64,000 bases of DNA from Runella sp. (GTDB lineage Bacteria > Bacteroidota > Bacteroidia > Cytophagales > Spirosomataceae): positions 9,173 to 73,172 of the forward strand of contig JALQYJ010000101.1 in NCBI GenBank assembly GCA_023254175.1, given 5' to 3'. Positions 40,196-49,811 of the stretch are shown here, piece after piece; the first letter of the stretch is position 1, and the number at the start of each line of letters is the position of its first letter. The position numbers and the translations under genes are program-made. The notes beneath the pieces are model-generated. The model made no database searches. It saw nothing but the letters and a program-made list of their open reading frames with translations, and was not told where the DNA came from.

Positions 40196-42946
40196 TTATT
40201 GCTTCGTTATAAACTCGTCCATATTCAACATAGTATTGGCCACAAATGCCAACGCGGCTACTTCAGCCGTGCTGTTACACATCCAGTCCTCGCGTTTTTT
40301 TGGGTATTTTTGAAAACGAATAAGTGCTTCCTGATAAAGCTTTTCAAGTACTTCTTGCTTGGGTTTAGGAAGTTCATGACCCGTCATCCATTCGTATCCT
40401 TTTTGAAGTTGAGAAGCCACAGTTTTTCCCCCTTCGTGTTGCATACGACGCGCGAAGTGCTGGGCAATATCGACAAAAGCTGAATCATTGAGCGTGACCA
40501 ATGCTTGCAAAGGAGTATTGGTGCGAATCCGCCGAGCTAAACACACATCGCGGGTGGAGCCATCAAACGTAAGCATACTCGGATACGGGCTTGAGCGTCG
40601 AATGTAGGTATAAATAGCGCGACGATAGGCATCTTCTCCCATGCTTTGTGTCCATTTTGAACCGCTATAAACCACCTGCCAAACTCCTTGTGGTTGGTAA
40701 GGCATCACGGGGCGGCCGTACATTTTTCGACTCAATAAATTGCTGACCACTAAAGCTTGGTCGCGAACTTGTTCGCCCGTCAATCGAACGCGAGGGCCAC
40801 GCGCCAAGTAGCGATTGGCAGGGTCTTTTTCCAAAAGTTCATCAGTAACGTGCGAATCCTGACGGTAGGTGGCAGACAAAACAATCTCTTTCAGAAGCGG
40901 CTTGATTTGCCATTTCATATCGTCCATAAAACGGTACGACAGGTAGTCGAGCAACGCCTGGTGGGTAGGAGCAAAGCCTTGCGAACCCATGTCTTCGAGG
41001 GTTTCGACAAGCCCTGTTCCGAAGAGCTGTTCCCACACCCGATTAACTAGTGTTCGAGCCGTGAGAGGGTTTTCTTTGGCCGTAATCCATTGGGCTAATC
41101 CAAGCCGATTTCGTGGGGCATTTTTAGGAAAGGGGTGTAATGAATGAGGAACGTCGGGTTCGACGGCCGTAGTGGGAGAAAACATACTTCCCCGCTCAAA
41201 AATTCGGGTGGTACGTTTCAAATCAGCTGGATTTTCAAGCATGATAGGGACGTTTTCGGTGCGGGTGAGCAGCAAGTCGTTGAAATGCTTGAGCTGTATT
41301 TCGTAGCCTTCTTTTCCTTTTCCAGGAAAGTCTTCTTCCAAAAACATGACCCAATTGACCAAACAAACATCTTGACTTTCAGAGGCTAACTTAGGGTTTC
41401 GGAAGATAAAATGTAGGTCTTTCCTGGTGCTAAATTTGGGGAGATTTACCCATTTTAGGAGCGTAAGGCCGTTCCAAAAATTACGCCCTTGTGCCGTATC
41501 AAGTTTTACTACAGCCAATTTAGGCCCCTTGAGGCTATCGGTTCTAATTTCGATACTTCCACCAACTTGCGCCGTTACGTACGAAATTAACATCCGACTT
41601 TTATTGATGGTTGGGGCGTTTTTCAAGCGGCAGGTTCCACCATTTTGCATGCCCATGTACGAACTAGGCTCGGACGTCCCTTTTTGAAAACTATCAAAAT
41701 TGTGCGCGTAAATCCGAGGTTCGACAGTTCGTAAAAAATGAACAATTTCTTTTGACTTCGCATCAGAAACCGAAGTTTTTACCCATTGAGCGACTTCATC
41801 CAGCTTCTTTTGGTCGGTTTCGTTGAAAAATCGTAAGTGAGCCGATTCATCCATGACATCCTCGTCGCGTGTATTGTTGAAGAAGGCCATGTATTTATAG
41901 AACTCTTCGTGCTTAAAAGGGTCATACGGGTGGCTATGGCATTGGACACACGCAAAGGTTGTACTATTGAAAGCTACCCAATTGGTGCTTACGCGGTCGA
42001 GTACGGCAGCAACTCGAAACTCTTCATCGTCGGTTCCTCCTTCGTCGTTATTGGTTGTATTTCGGTGAAAACCAGTTGCGATGAGTTGATTTTCCGTAGG
42101 ATTCGGAAGCAAATCACCTGCCAATTGTTCGGTGATAAACTGGTCATAAGGCATATTTTGATTAAACGCCTTAATGACCCAATCGCGGTAACGCCAAGCA
42201 TTGCGAATATCGTCTTTTTCGTAGCCTTTCGAATCAGCATAGCGAGCCAAATCGAGCCACATAGAAGCCCATTTTTCCCCAAAAGCAGGCGATTTTAACA
42301 AAGAATCAACTACAGTTTCGTAGGCATTAGGGGCGGGGTTGGTTAGAAAAGCCTTGTACTGTTGTTTGGTGGGTGTAAGTCCTGTCAAATCGAGCGTTAC
42401 CCGACGTAACAGCGTAGCTTTATCGGCTTCTTGGCTGTGCGATAATTGCTGTTCTTTTAATTTTTCGGCCACAAAGTGGTCAATCTCATTGTTGGCCCAC
42501 GATTTTTGCCAAAACTTCCACCAAGAATTACTTGGAACAGTAGGTTTTTCGACGGCTTGGTACGCCCAATGTTTCCCCCATTTTGCGCCTTGGTCAATCC
42601 ATTTGGTTAGGGTTTCTATTTCTTCTTCGCTCAGGGGTTCGCCCTTTTTAGGCATAAATTTTTCAGGATCAGGGTGCGTTAAACGAAGGATAAATTCGGA
42701 GTTAGCAGCATCCCCTGGAATAATGGCAGGTTTTCCAGATTTGGTTTTTCCGAAAGCTTCTTCTTCAAACAAGAGGCTAAACCCACCTGCTTTTTTTACT
42801 CCACCGTGGCAAGCCATGCACTTTTTGTTCAAAATAGGCTTGACTTGCGTATTAAAATCAACTTCACTTTCGGAAAGGGAATGATAGCCGTATGCCAAAA
42901 CGCAAACAGCTACTGTACTAACGAGTAGTTTGTTCAGAAAGGTCAT
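40196..42946 (-). CDS. PSCyt1/DUF1549/DUF1553 cytochrome c protein with a CBM6-like insert
   Basis: CMACH and CVQCH heme motifs, WLDLARYADS, NRLGLAQW, NRVWEQLFG, TNTPLQAL; GGSIEIRTDSLKGP...DLHFIF insert. Confidence 0.88.
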   Translation of the reverse strand: MTFLNKLLVSTVAVCVLAYGYHSLSESEVDFNTQVKPILNKKCMACHGGVKKAGGFSLLFEEEAFGKTKSGKPAIIPGDAANSEFILRLTHPDPEKFMPKKGEPLSEEEIETLTKWIDQGAKWGKHWAYQAVEKPTVPSNSWWKFWQKSWANNEIDHFVAEKLKEQQLSHSQEADKATLLRRVTLDLTGLTPTKQQYKAFLTNPAPNAYETVVDSLLKSPAFGEKWASMWLDLARYADSKGYEKDDIRNAWRYRDWVIKAFNQNMPYDQFITEQLAGDLLPNPTENQLIATGFHRNTTNNDEGGTDDEEFRVAAVLDRVSTNWVAFNSTTFACVQCHSHPYDPFKHEEFYKYMAFFNNTRDEDVMDESAHLRFFNETDQKKLDEVAQWVKTSVSDAKSKEIVHFLRTVEPRIYAHNFDSFQKGTSEPSSYMGMQNGGTCRLKNAPTINKSRMLISYVTAQVGGSIEIRTDSLKGPKLAVVKLDTAQGRNFWNGLTLLKWVNLPKFSTRKDLHFIFRNPKLASESQDVCLVNWVMFLEEDFPGKGKEGYEIQLKHFNDLLLTRTENVPIMLENPADLKRTTRIFERGSMFSPTTAVEPDVPHSLHPFPKNAPRNRLGLAQWITAKENPLTARTLVNRVWEQLFGTGLVETLEDMGSQGFAPTHQALLDYLSYRFMDDMKWQIKPLLKEIVLSATYRQDSHVTDELLEKDPANRYLARGPRVRLTGEQVRDQALVVSNLLSRKMYGRPVMPYQPQGVWQVVYSGSKWTQSMGEDAYRRAIYTYIRRSSPYPSMLTFDGSTRDVCLARRIRTNTPLQALVTLNDSAFVDIAQHFARRMQHEGGKTVASQLQKGYEWMTGHELPKPKQEVLEKLYQEALIRFQKYPKKREDWMCNSTAEVAALAFVANTMLNMDEFITKQ

Positions 42947-42994
42947 GGGAATGGTAGTAATGCAGTCCTACTAAACTTGAAAAGTCTTAGGTAT

Positions 42995-43026
42995 AATCCT
43001 TCCAAGTTTCAAAACTTGGAAGGATT
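42995..43026. repeat. REP-like perfect palindrome
   Basis: AATCCTTCCAAGTTT-ca-AAACTTGGAAGGATT; a degenerate arm AAACTTGAAAAGTCT lies just upstream at ~42973-42987. Confidence 0.75.
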
Positions 43027-43036
43027 GGGAGAGAGA

Positions 43037-44440
43037 TTAAACGTTGGTCAAAATACCGAGTTTACGGTCTTCTTTCCAGCGTCCACGTGTGAAGTCAGGG
43101 AATTTAACAGGGGTATTTCCACCTTGAATCGAAAGGGCAGAAAGCGGAGTCACTGCTGACCAGGAAGCGGCATCATAGACATCCATGTCGAGGGCAGTCC
43201 CACGGTTGAAGCAGTCAATCAAGCGATAAATCAGTACGAAGTCCATGCCTCCGTGCCCTCCGTTACGCTCGATTTCTTCTTTCATTTTTGCCCAAATAGG
43301 GTGTTTGTATTTTTCGCGTAATGCTTTGTATTCTTCGTCTTTAATAAAACCGTGTCCTTGCCCTTTTTTTGCAAAACGACTTGGATAGCCCGTATGGAAT
43401 GCCTTTGTACCAGCCAACATGTTGATACGGCTATAAGGGCGAGCGGTCACGACATCGTGTTGCACTAAAATAGTACGACCTAAATGCGTCTTAATGAGCG
43501 TATTGTTCATATCGCCGTGTTTAAAGCCCTTTCGACCATGAAACTCGTTGGAAGGGTCGGTCATCGTGCTCGAATCCTCGCTAAGGCTTGCTTCCAAACT
43601 ACTCATAGATACTAAATGATTGAAACGGTCGCCACGGTCAATGTTCATATATTGAGACACAGGCCCAAGTCCGTGCATGGGGTAAAGGTTTCCATCACGG
43701 GTCAAATTGTGACGAATCCGCCACATATTATAGTACTCCGTTTTGGAGAAAAGCAACTCCCGCAAATCGTGGATGTAGCCACATTCGGCGTAGGTAATAG
43801 TTCCAAAAACGCCTTGCTCGGCCATATTTAACACCCAAAGTTCTTCGTCGCCGTAGCAAACGTTTTCGAGCATCATGCAGTTGCGTTGGGTTTGCTCGGC
43901 AGTATTTACCAATTTCCAACAATCTTCCAATGTATAAGCGGCAGGTACCTCAGTAGCGGCGTGTTTACCTTGTTGCATGGCATAGACGCACATAGGTACG
44001 TGGTCTTCCCAAGGAGTGGCAATGATAACAAGGTCGATATCATCGCGGCGGCACATTTCTTTCCACGCGTCCACTTTTGAATGATAGTAGGCAACATCGT
44101 TGACTCCTTTCGACTCAAGCCATTGTTTGGTTCGGTTGGTGTATCGCTCTTGGATGTCGCAAACGGCCACAATTTTGGCTTTGGTGCCACAGGCATGAAC
44201 CAATTTTACGTGCCCCGAACCACGGTTCCCAACGCCAATAAAAGCCACCCGAACCTGCGGAATCGGTGCTGATTTTAGGCCAATTACCGACTTACCAACG
44301 GCCTTTGGGATGACAGTCGTTTGAGCAATGGTTTCTTCTATTGAATTCGAGCGAGCATTAGAAACAAAGGGTAATCCTAAGGCAGAACCAACGGCTGCCG
44401 TAGCTTTTAGAAATGAGCGGCGTTCCAAGAAATTTTTCAT
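43037..44440 (-). CDS. Tat-exported Gfo/Idh/MocA protein, GH109 (alpha-N-acetylgalactosaminidase-like)
   Basis: ERRSFLK, IGVGNRG, IATPWEDH, EVPAA, MMLENVCY, YIHDLR, YPMHGLGP, GHGGMD, PDFTRG. Confidence 0.88.
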   Translation of the reverse strand: MKNFLERRSFLKATAAVGSALGLPFVSNARSNSIEETIAQTTVIPKAVGKSVIGLKSAPIPQVRVAFIGVGNRGSGHVKLVHACGTKAKIVAVCDIQERYTNRTKQWLESKGVNDVAYYHSKVDAWKEMCRRDDIDLVIIATPWEDHVPMCVYAMQQGKHAATEVPAAYTLEDCWKLVNTAEQTQRNCMMLENVCYGDEELWVLNMAEQGVFGTITYAECGYIHDLRELLFSKTEYYNMWRIRHNLTRDGNLYPMHGLGPVSQYMNIDRGDRFNHLVSMSSLEASLSEDSSTMTDPSNEFHGRKGFKHGDMNNTLIKTHLGRTILVQHDVVTARPYSRINMLAGTKAFHTGYPSRFAKKGQGHGFIKDEEYKALREKYKHPIWAKMKEEIERNGGHGGMDFVLIYRLIDCFNRGTALDMDVYDAASWSAVTPLSALSIQGGNTPVKFPDFTRGRWKEDRKLGILTNV

Positions 44441-44502
44441 GGAGTGGGAGGGATTGAAGGTTAGAAATATTGATGAAGCAAATTAATAAATAAATTTAAA
44501 AA

Positions 44503-44536
44503 ATAAGCAATGACTACCGAAGTAATCATTGCTTAT
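44503..44536 (-). terminator. Terminator after gntP
   Basis: ATAAGCAATGACTAC-cgaa-GTAATCATTGCTTAT with a T-rich tail on the minus strand. Confidence 0.65.
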
Positions 44537-44591
44537 AAATAGAATTTTATGTTCAAATAGTTGATTTTTAATTAGATGGGTTTTAACCAGA

Positions 44592-45908
44592 CTAAACAAA
44601 TTGGTTTAAAATAAGAACTCCAATTAATCCCACTACCGAAACGATGGTCTCCATAATCGTCCAAGTTTGTAAGGTTTCTTTGATGGATAGGTTGAAGTAT
44701 TCTTTGAACAACCAAAAACCACCATCGTTGAGGTGAGAACAAATCAAGCTACCTGAACCGATTGCCAACACCATTAATTCGGGCTTAACTCCTTGGCTTT
44801 GAACCAAAGGTGCGATGATTCCTACTGCAGTGAGGCCCGCTACCGTAGCCGAACCTACACAAATGCGAATGACGCCTGCAATAGCCCAGCCCAATAAAAG
44901 GGGCGAAATTTGAACACCAGCTAACAGTTCACCGATGTATTTGCTCACCCCACCATCGGTAAGAATTTGTTTAAATCCACCCGCTCCTGCAACAATCAAT
45001 AAAATAATTGAGACGCTTTTAAAGGCCTCTTCCAGCGATTTCATCACGTGTTTGGTACTTCTACCCCGACTGATTCCCAAGAAATAAATGGCCACAAGTA
45101 CCGAAATGAGCATCGAAATAGAGGGGTCTCCCAAAAAAGCAAAAGCCGTATGTATGGGGGAATTTTCGTCAAATTGGCCTTTGAGCCAAGGCATCAATGT
45201 CAGCAGAAGCAGAGGCAAAAGCGCTACTATTAGGCTGATGCTTAGGCTAGGCATCTCTTCTTCGGTAAACTGTCGGGTATTAAAAAGAGAGGCGTCGGGT
45301 TTGGGGTTGTATTTTTTTAAGGTTTTTCCAAAAATAGGTCCTGCAATGATGATAGCAGGAATCGCTACCAAAATCCCGTAAAAGAGTGTCTGCCCTACAT
45401 CTGCTTTAAATTGAGTAGCAATAGCAGTAGGCGAAGGGTGAGGCGGCAAGTAGCCGTGCGCTACCGAAAGAGCAGACAACATCGGAATAGCGACATACAA
45501 CATCGGAAGGCGAGTAGAAGCAGTAATGGTAAAAATAAGAGGAATGACAATCACAAAACCTGCATTATAAAACAAAGGCAAACCAATGATAAAGCCAGCT
45601 AGCGCAAGCCCCCAAGGCAGGTATTTGAGGCCAAAAATATTCATAAGGGTGGTGGTAATCCGTTGGGCAGCACCACTATCGGCTACGAGTTTGCCGAGCA
45701 TTGACCCAAAACCAATGATGATGACTAATGACCCAAGCGTACCGCCGATTCCTTTTTCGAGTGATTGACTGATTTGGGGTACGCTCATACCGCACGCAAG
45801 TCCTAGGCCAATACTGACGATGACGAATGAAATGAAGGTATCAAGGTGGAAATAAGCAACTAGCAAAACAAGGGCTACAATCCCCAACAGGACATACAAA
45901 AGCAGCAT
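44592..45908 (-). CDS. gntP: GntP family gluconate:H+ symporter
   Basis: HGYLPPHPSP, IRICVGSATVA, SHLNDGGFWLFKEYF; start refined to 45908. Confidence 0.9.
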   Translation of the reverse strand: MLLLYVLLGIVALVLLVAYFHLDTFISFVIVSIGLGLACGMSVPQISQSLEKGIGGTLGSLVIIIGFGSMLGKLVADSGAAQRITTTLMNIFGLKYLPWGLALAGFIIGLPLFYNAGFVIVIPLIFTITASTRLPMLYVAIPMLSALSVAHGYLPPHPSPTAIATQFKADVGQTLFYGILVAIPAIIIAGPIFGKTLKKYNPKPDASLFNTRQFTEEEMPSLSISLIVALLPLLLLTLMPWLKGQFDENSPIHTAFAFLGDPSISMLISVLVAIYFLGISRGRSTKHVMKSLEEAFKSVSIILLIVAGAGGFKQILTDGGVSKYIGELLAGVQISPLLLGWAIAGVIRICVGSATVAGLTAVGIIAPLVQSQGVKPELMVLAIGSGSLICSHLNDGGFWLFKEYFNLSIKETLQTWTIMETIVSVVGLIGVLILNQFV

Positions 45909-45966
45909 AGTAAGTAGGGTTTTAGGTATAAAATCGTATGAAACTGAGTACAATGTTAAAAATTTG

Positions 45967-45974
45967 CAAAGATA
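45967..45974 (-). promoter_or_regulatory. -7 promoter box upstream of gntP
   Basis: Minus strand reads TATCTTTG. Confidence 0.5.
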
Positions 45975-45987
45975 GTTTTGTACAAAA

Positions 45988-46758
45988 TCAGGAAACGAAG
46001 AATTTTGATAAACTATCTCTCAATTCATTGAAATAAGCAACGGATTTTAATAACCTACTGCCATACCAACTGAACAATTCGCCATCAACCAACATAATAT
46101 GGGTAGAGGGACACATTTCTTGAAATTCTAGTAAGTGTTTTTCTCGAAATGAATAGGGTTCGGAAGAAAGAAAAATAAGCTCAGGAGCGGCTTGTTGTAA
46201 GTCAGCTTCGGAGATTTCGGGATAACGTGTCAGGCCGTCAAATACATTTAAAAAACCAGCTTTTACCAGCATTTCGTGGATAAATGTGCCGCTCGCGGCA
46301 ATCATGTAGGGCTTTTTCCAAATAAAATACGCTATGCGTGGGCGGCGCGACGGCGATTTGAGTGAGTCAAATTGGATAGATAATTGTTGACAAATTTTGA
46401 AAGCTTCAGGTTCTTTGTGGGTAAGCTCCCCAACCCTCTGAATCATTTCAAGCGAGTCTTCCAACGTGACGATGTCAGAAATCCAAACGGGAAAGTCTTT
46501 TTGCAAGGTTTCGATACCTTCTTTATAATTTTCTTCTTTGTTGCCAATAATCAAATCAGGTCGTAGCGCCTTGATTTTTTCAACGTCAAAGTTTTTGGTT
46601 CCGCCAATTTTTGCGATGTTCTTTACTTTATCGGCCGGATGGCAACAAAATTTTGTAATACCAACTACTTTACCCTCCAAACCAAGGTCAAAAAGAAGCT
46701 CAGTTTGCGATGGAACGAGCGACACAATTCGCTGGGGGGCTATGGAAGAAGAACGCAT
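45988..46758 (-). CDS. Helical-backbone metal receptor (BtuF-like cobalamin/Fe-siderophore binding protein)
   Basis: RIVSLVPSQTELL, GITKFC.HP, IGGTKN, PDLIIGNKEEN, VDGELFSWYGSR. Confidence 0.85.
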   Translation of the reverse strand: MRSSSIAPQRIVSLVPSQTELLFDLGLEGKVVGITKFCCHPADKVKNIAKIGGTKNFDVEKIKALRPDLIIGNKEENYKEGIETLQKDFPVWISDIVTLEDSLEMIQRVGELTHKEPEAFKICQQLSIQFDSLKSPSRRPRIAYFIWKKPYMIAASGTFIHEMLVKAGFLNVFDGLTRYPEISEADLQQAAPELIFLSSEPYSFREKHLLEFQEMCPSTHIMLVDGELFSWYGSRLLKSVAYFNELRDSLSKFFVS

Positions 46759-46773
46759 ACATAATGAAGTAGC

Positions 46774-48267
46774 CTAGTTGTAAGTACGGAATTTACCTGT
46801 ACCAAAGGTTTGTCTAAAACCTATTTTAAAACCTGTATTTTTGGTGTATAGGTCACCACGGTCAATGGCTGCAGAAGCAACCCACTCTAAGCCCGAAAAC
46901 GCAGGAATTTGGCCTTTGAATTGTAACAAAGCCGAAAGTTGCTTAGGAACGGTAGGGTAGGGGTAGATGTAAGTACCATAATTGGCACTGTAAGAGATTT
47001 TAGATAAAAACTGAATCGATGGGCCAATATTGCCTTCAAAACCAAGATGATACACTAAAACGCGGTTATTATTAGCCATGTCATTGGTATTTTGTTCTTC
47101 AGGGCGATTGGTATCTTCTTGATTGGTAATGAACGGAGTCCCAATAATTTGTCGACGATACGACCATCCATCATAGTACTGTTGGTGGTTGAAGTACTCG
47201 TCTTTTCCGCGCTTTTTACCATTTGTCATCACAAACGTATCACCACCCTGACTACGGGTATTTAAGAACTCAAATACCACTTTTTTAAAGGAAATTTTAC
47301 CTTTTTCTTGGTTAGGGTAAAGATTGGTGAGTACAATACCATTTAAGCCGTCGGCGATACTCGTAAGGTAGAATAAAGAACCGTCTTCGTAGATATTCTG
47401 GCGGTAAACTAAAATATTTACTTTTTTCAAATCAAGTTCAACGCCAGCATCAACTGTACCTAAATGGTTTCCTACGCGGTTAGTAGAATCGAAGGCATTG
47501 CCTTTGCGAACCCCAATATTGGGGCCGATGGCAATTACTGCCAATAAATAATCTACAAAGCTGCTAGGTAGTGTTTGGTTGTCAACGGTGGCGATGTCGA
47601 TGGTTGTTTTTCCACCCCATTGTACTTGGTGATTAAATCCCCCATAGAGTTTGACTAAGGAACTTTGCCGCCCAATTCGGACGTATAGGGATTTTTGGTG
47701 TAAATAATAATCGTAGGCAAATTTACTGGTACCAAACCAACTATGGGCATAAGTCCCCTTAAATGCTAACCAAAGATTTGTTTTACCTATTGATTGATAG
47801 TTTGGGATTTCAATCTGGATTTTAGGCATCGGAAAAGCATTTCCTGACCATATATAAGAGCCTGTTCCTAGAGTTGTATCGGCCAATCCAATGATTTCTT
47901 TTCGGCGTCCTGCATAAAATAGCAAATTTTTATAGCGAACACCTGCATAAAGCTGGGGTAAAAAAACGGTTGTTTTTCTACTGTCAAGTAAGTTTCCGAC
48001 TACTTGTGCTCCTCCGATAAGCTTCCATTTGTTATTGGCTGATACATTACTTTCAACATCCACGGCGCCGCTTAGTGCAATTGCGTTCTTTTGAGGGACG
48101 ATGTCATATTGGTTTGAACGAAACCAAAATGGCATTTGGCTGGCTGTGTTGTAATAAAAAGCGCTGAAATCACTCCGAAAAGAATGTTTGGCGGTACTGT
48201 CTTGTGCGACGGCCAAATGCGTTAAAACTAAAAAGTAGCTAGACAGTAAAACGGTAAGCTTTTTCAA
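46774..48267 (-). CDS. wzi: Capsule assembly Wzi family outer-membrane protein
   Basis: Signal peptide, GTGSYIWSGNA.PMPKI, HQKSLY, GGFNHQVQWGG, NRVGNHLGT, YFNH..Y.DGWSY. Confidence 0.78.
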   Translation of the reverse strand: MKKLTVLLSSYFLVLTHLAVAQDSTAKHSFRSDFSAFYYNTASQMPFWFRSNQYDIVPQKNAIALSGAVDVESNVSANNKWKLIGGAQVVGNLLDSRKTTVFLPQLYAGVRYKNLLFYAGRRKEIIGLADTTLGTGSYIWSGNAFPMPKIQIEIPNYQSIGKTNLWLAFKGTYAHSWFGTSKFAYDYYLHQKSLYVRIGRQSSLVKLYGGFNHQVQWGGKTTIDIATVDNQTLPSSFVDYLLAVIAIGPNIGVRKGNAFDSTNRVGNHLGTVDAGVELDLKKVNILVYRQNIYEDGSLFYLTSIADGLNGIVLTNLYPNQEKGKISFKKVVFEFLNTRSQGGDTFVMTNGKKRGKDEYFNHQQYYDGWSYRRQIIGTPFITNQEDTNRPEEQNTNDMANNNRVLVYHLGFEGNIGPSIQFLSKISYSANYGTYIYPYPTVPKQLSALLQFKGQIPAFSGLEWVASAAIDRGDLYTKNTGFKIGFRQTFGTGKFRTYN

Positions 48268-48336
48268 GGGGAAAGAAGTAATTTCTGGTGTACTAGAACT
48301 AGAATACTTGTGAGAACGATGTAAAAAACAAAGTTA

Positions 48337-49788
48337 TCAAAAAAATCCTCTTTTACGAAGCCCAAGGTGTATTCCTATAGAAGGATTATAGAGAGTACCA
48401 GAGTCGATTCCCAGAGAGGTCGTCCAGTCAATACCTTGTAACCAAGGTAGCTCTTTTTGAATTTGGAGTAAGCCCGAAAATTGGCGTTTGGCTACGGGAA
48501 AAGGATGGTCGTATGTTCCTAGGTTATGACTAAATGACGCTTTCAATAGCCATTTCCACTCATCTATCCATCCGCTGGCTCCCACATGAATCATCTGTAT
48601 TCGGTTATTGTTGGTCATTAAGCTTGTAATAAGAGGTAGAGGACTAGGAATATCGCTTTGTTTAGGAATAAAGGGTGTACCAATCATCTCGTTTTTGTAA
48701 GACCAGCCTTGCGAATAAACATAGTGATTGAAGTAATTGTCTCGCCCGAAGATCTGTTGCTGAAGATCAAACCTATCTCCCCCTTGACTAGTGGTGTTTA
48801 GCCATTCTAAATTTATCTTTTCAAGAGTAAAAGTTCGGGTATAGTCAGGAGTACTTTTATTATTAAATGTAACCCCTTGTAGTCCGTCTTGAATATTTAA
48901 AAAGTTGTACAAAGAGCCATCGTCAAAAATATTTTGCCTAAAAAAAATCAATGACTTATTATTCTTCAATTTCCAAGTTACCCCCACATCTAAGGTGCCT
49001 AAGTGATTTCCTACTCGGCTTCCCATCCAAGGTTTTCCCACTATTACTGACCACCAAGCGTCAAGGGGCTTAAGCCCGTCAGGCCAAATTTGGTTTTCTC
49101 CTCCCCATTGTGCCTGATGATTAAAACCGCCAATTAGGCTGATTTTCCAGTGTGGGAGCCCCAATTTTACGTACAACGTTTTTTGATGAAAATAGCCTTT
49201 GACTTTATTTACTTGCCTTCCATATCCTACGGCAAGTGTATCTAGCCAACCGTGTGCGAATGAGCCTTTGAAAGAAATCAGCCCCTTTAGAAAAGGAAGA
49301 GAGACATATTGGGGGATGGCCAGTTGGATTTTAAGAAAAGGTGGGGCATTTCCTGACCAGCTATAGGAACCTGACGATAGGACAGTGTCACCGATAAATC
49401 CAGTGGTTTCTAATCTGCGTCCGTACCAAAGTTCGAGAGGGCCATACTTCAATCCCCCAAAACCTTCAATTAATTTAAAATTATTAGAACTTTTTTGTAC
49501 GATAAATGCACCATCGACACCATAAAGGACACGTAATTGCCGCCAACTATGCTGAGCAGTATCTCCTTTGACATTGCTAAAAGAGGCTCTAACTAATAGA
49601 GAAGATGTAGTTTTGGGAATAACTCCATACTGATTTGCATAGTACCAAAATGGGAGAGACGTCGAGGTCGTACCATAAGTATTGATGGATAAATTATACT
49701 CAGTGGTAGGTAAAAACTGGGTATGGCCAAAGAAAGTAGCGAAAAGACTAGAGAAGAAGACTAAATAATGAACATAACTATTTTTCAT
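48337..49788 (-). CDS. wzi: Capsule assembly Wzi family outer-membrane protein (paralog)
   Basis: Same motif set: SGSYSWSGNA, HQKTLY, GGFNHQAQWGG, SRVGNHLGT, YFNH..Y.QGWSY. Confidence 0.78.
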   Translation of the reverse strand: MKNSYVHYLVFFSSLFATFFGHTQFLPTTEYNLSINTYGTTSTSLPFWYYANQYGVIPKTTSSLLVRASFSNVKGDTAQHSWRQLRVLYGVDGAFIVQKSSNNFKLIEGFGGLKYGPLELWYGRRLETTGFIGDTVLSSGSYSWSGNAPPFLKIQLAIPQYVSLPFLKGLISFKGSFAHGWLDTLAVGYGRQVNKVKGYFHQKTLYVKLGLPHWKISLIGGFNHQAQWGGENQIWPDGLKPLDAWWSVIVGKPWMGSRVGNHLGTLDVGVTWKLKNNKSLIFFRQNIFDDGSLYNFLNIQDGLQGVTFNNKSTPDYTRTFTLEKINLEWLNTTSQGGDRFDLQQQIFGRDNYFNHYVYSQGWSYKNEMIGTPFIPKQSDIPSPLPLITSLMTNNNRIQMIHVGASGWIDEWKWLLKASFSHNLGTYDHPFPVAKRQFSGLLQIQKELPWLQGIDWTTSLGIDSGTLYNPSIGIHLGLRKRGFF

Positions 49789-49811
49789 AAAAGCAGTATT
49801 GTCTAATTTAC

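Noticed and set aside
41837-42884. 153-aa and 181-aa plus-strand ORFs
   Set aside because: Antisense shadows of the DUF1549/1553 gene
45900-46800. Cobalamin riboswitch near the BtuF-like gene
   Set aside because: Only 15 bp of upstream intergenic space and no B12-box seen
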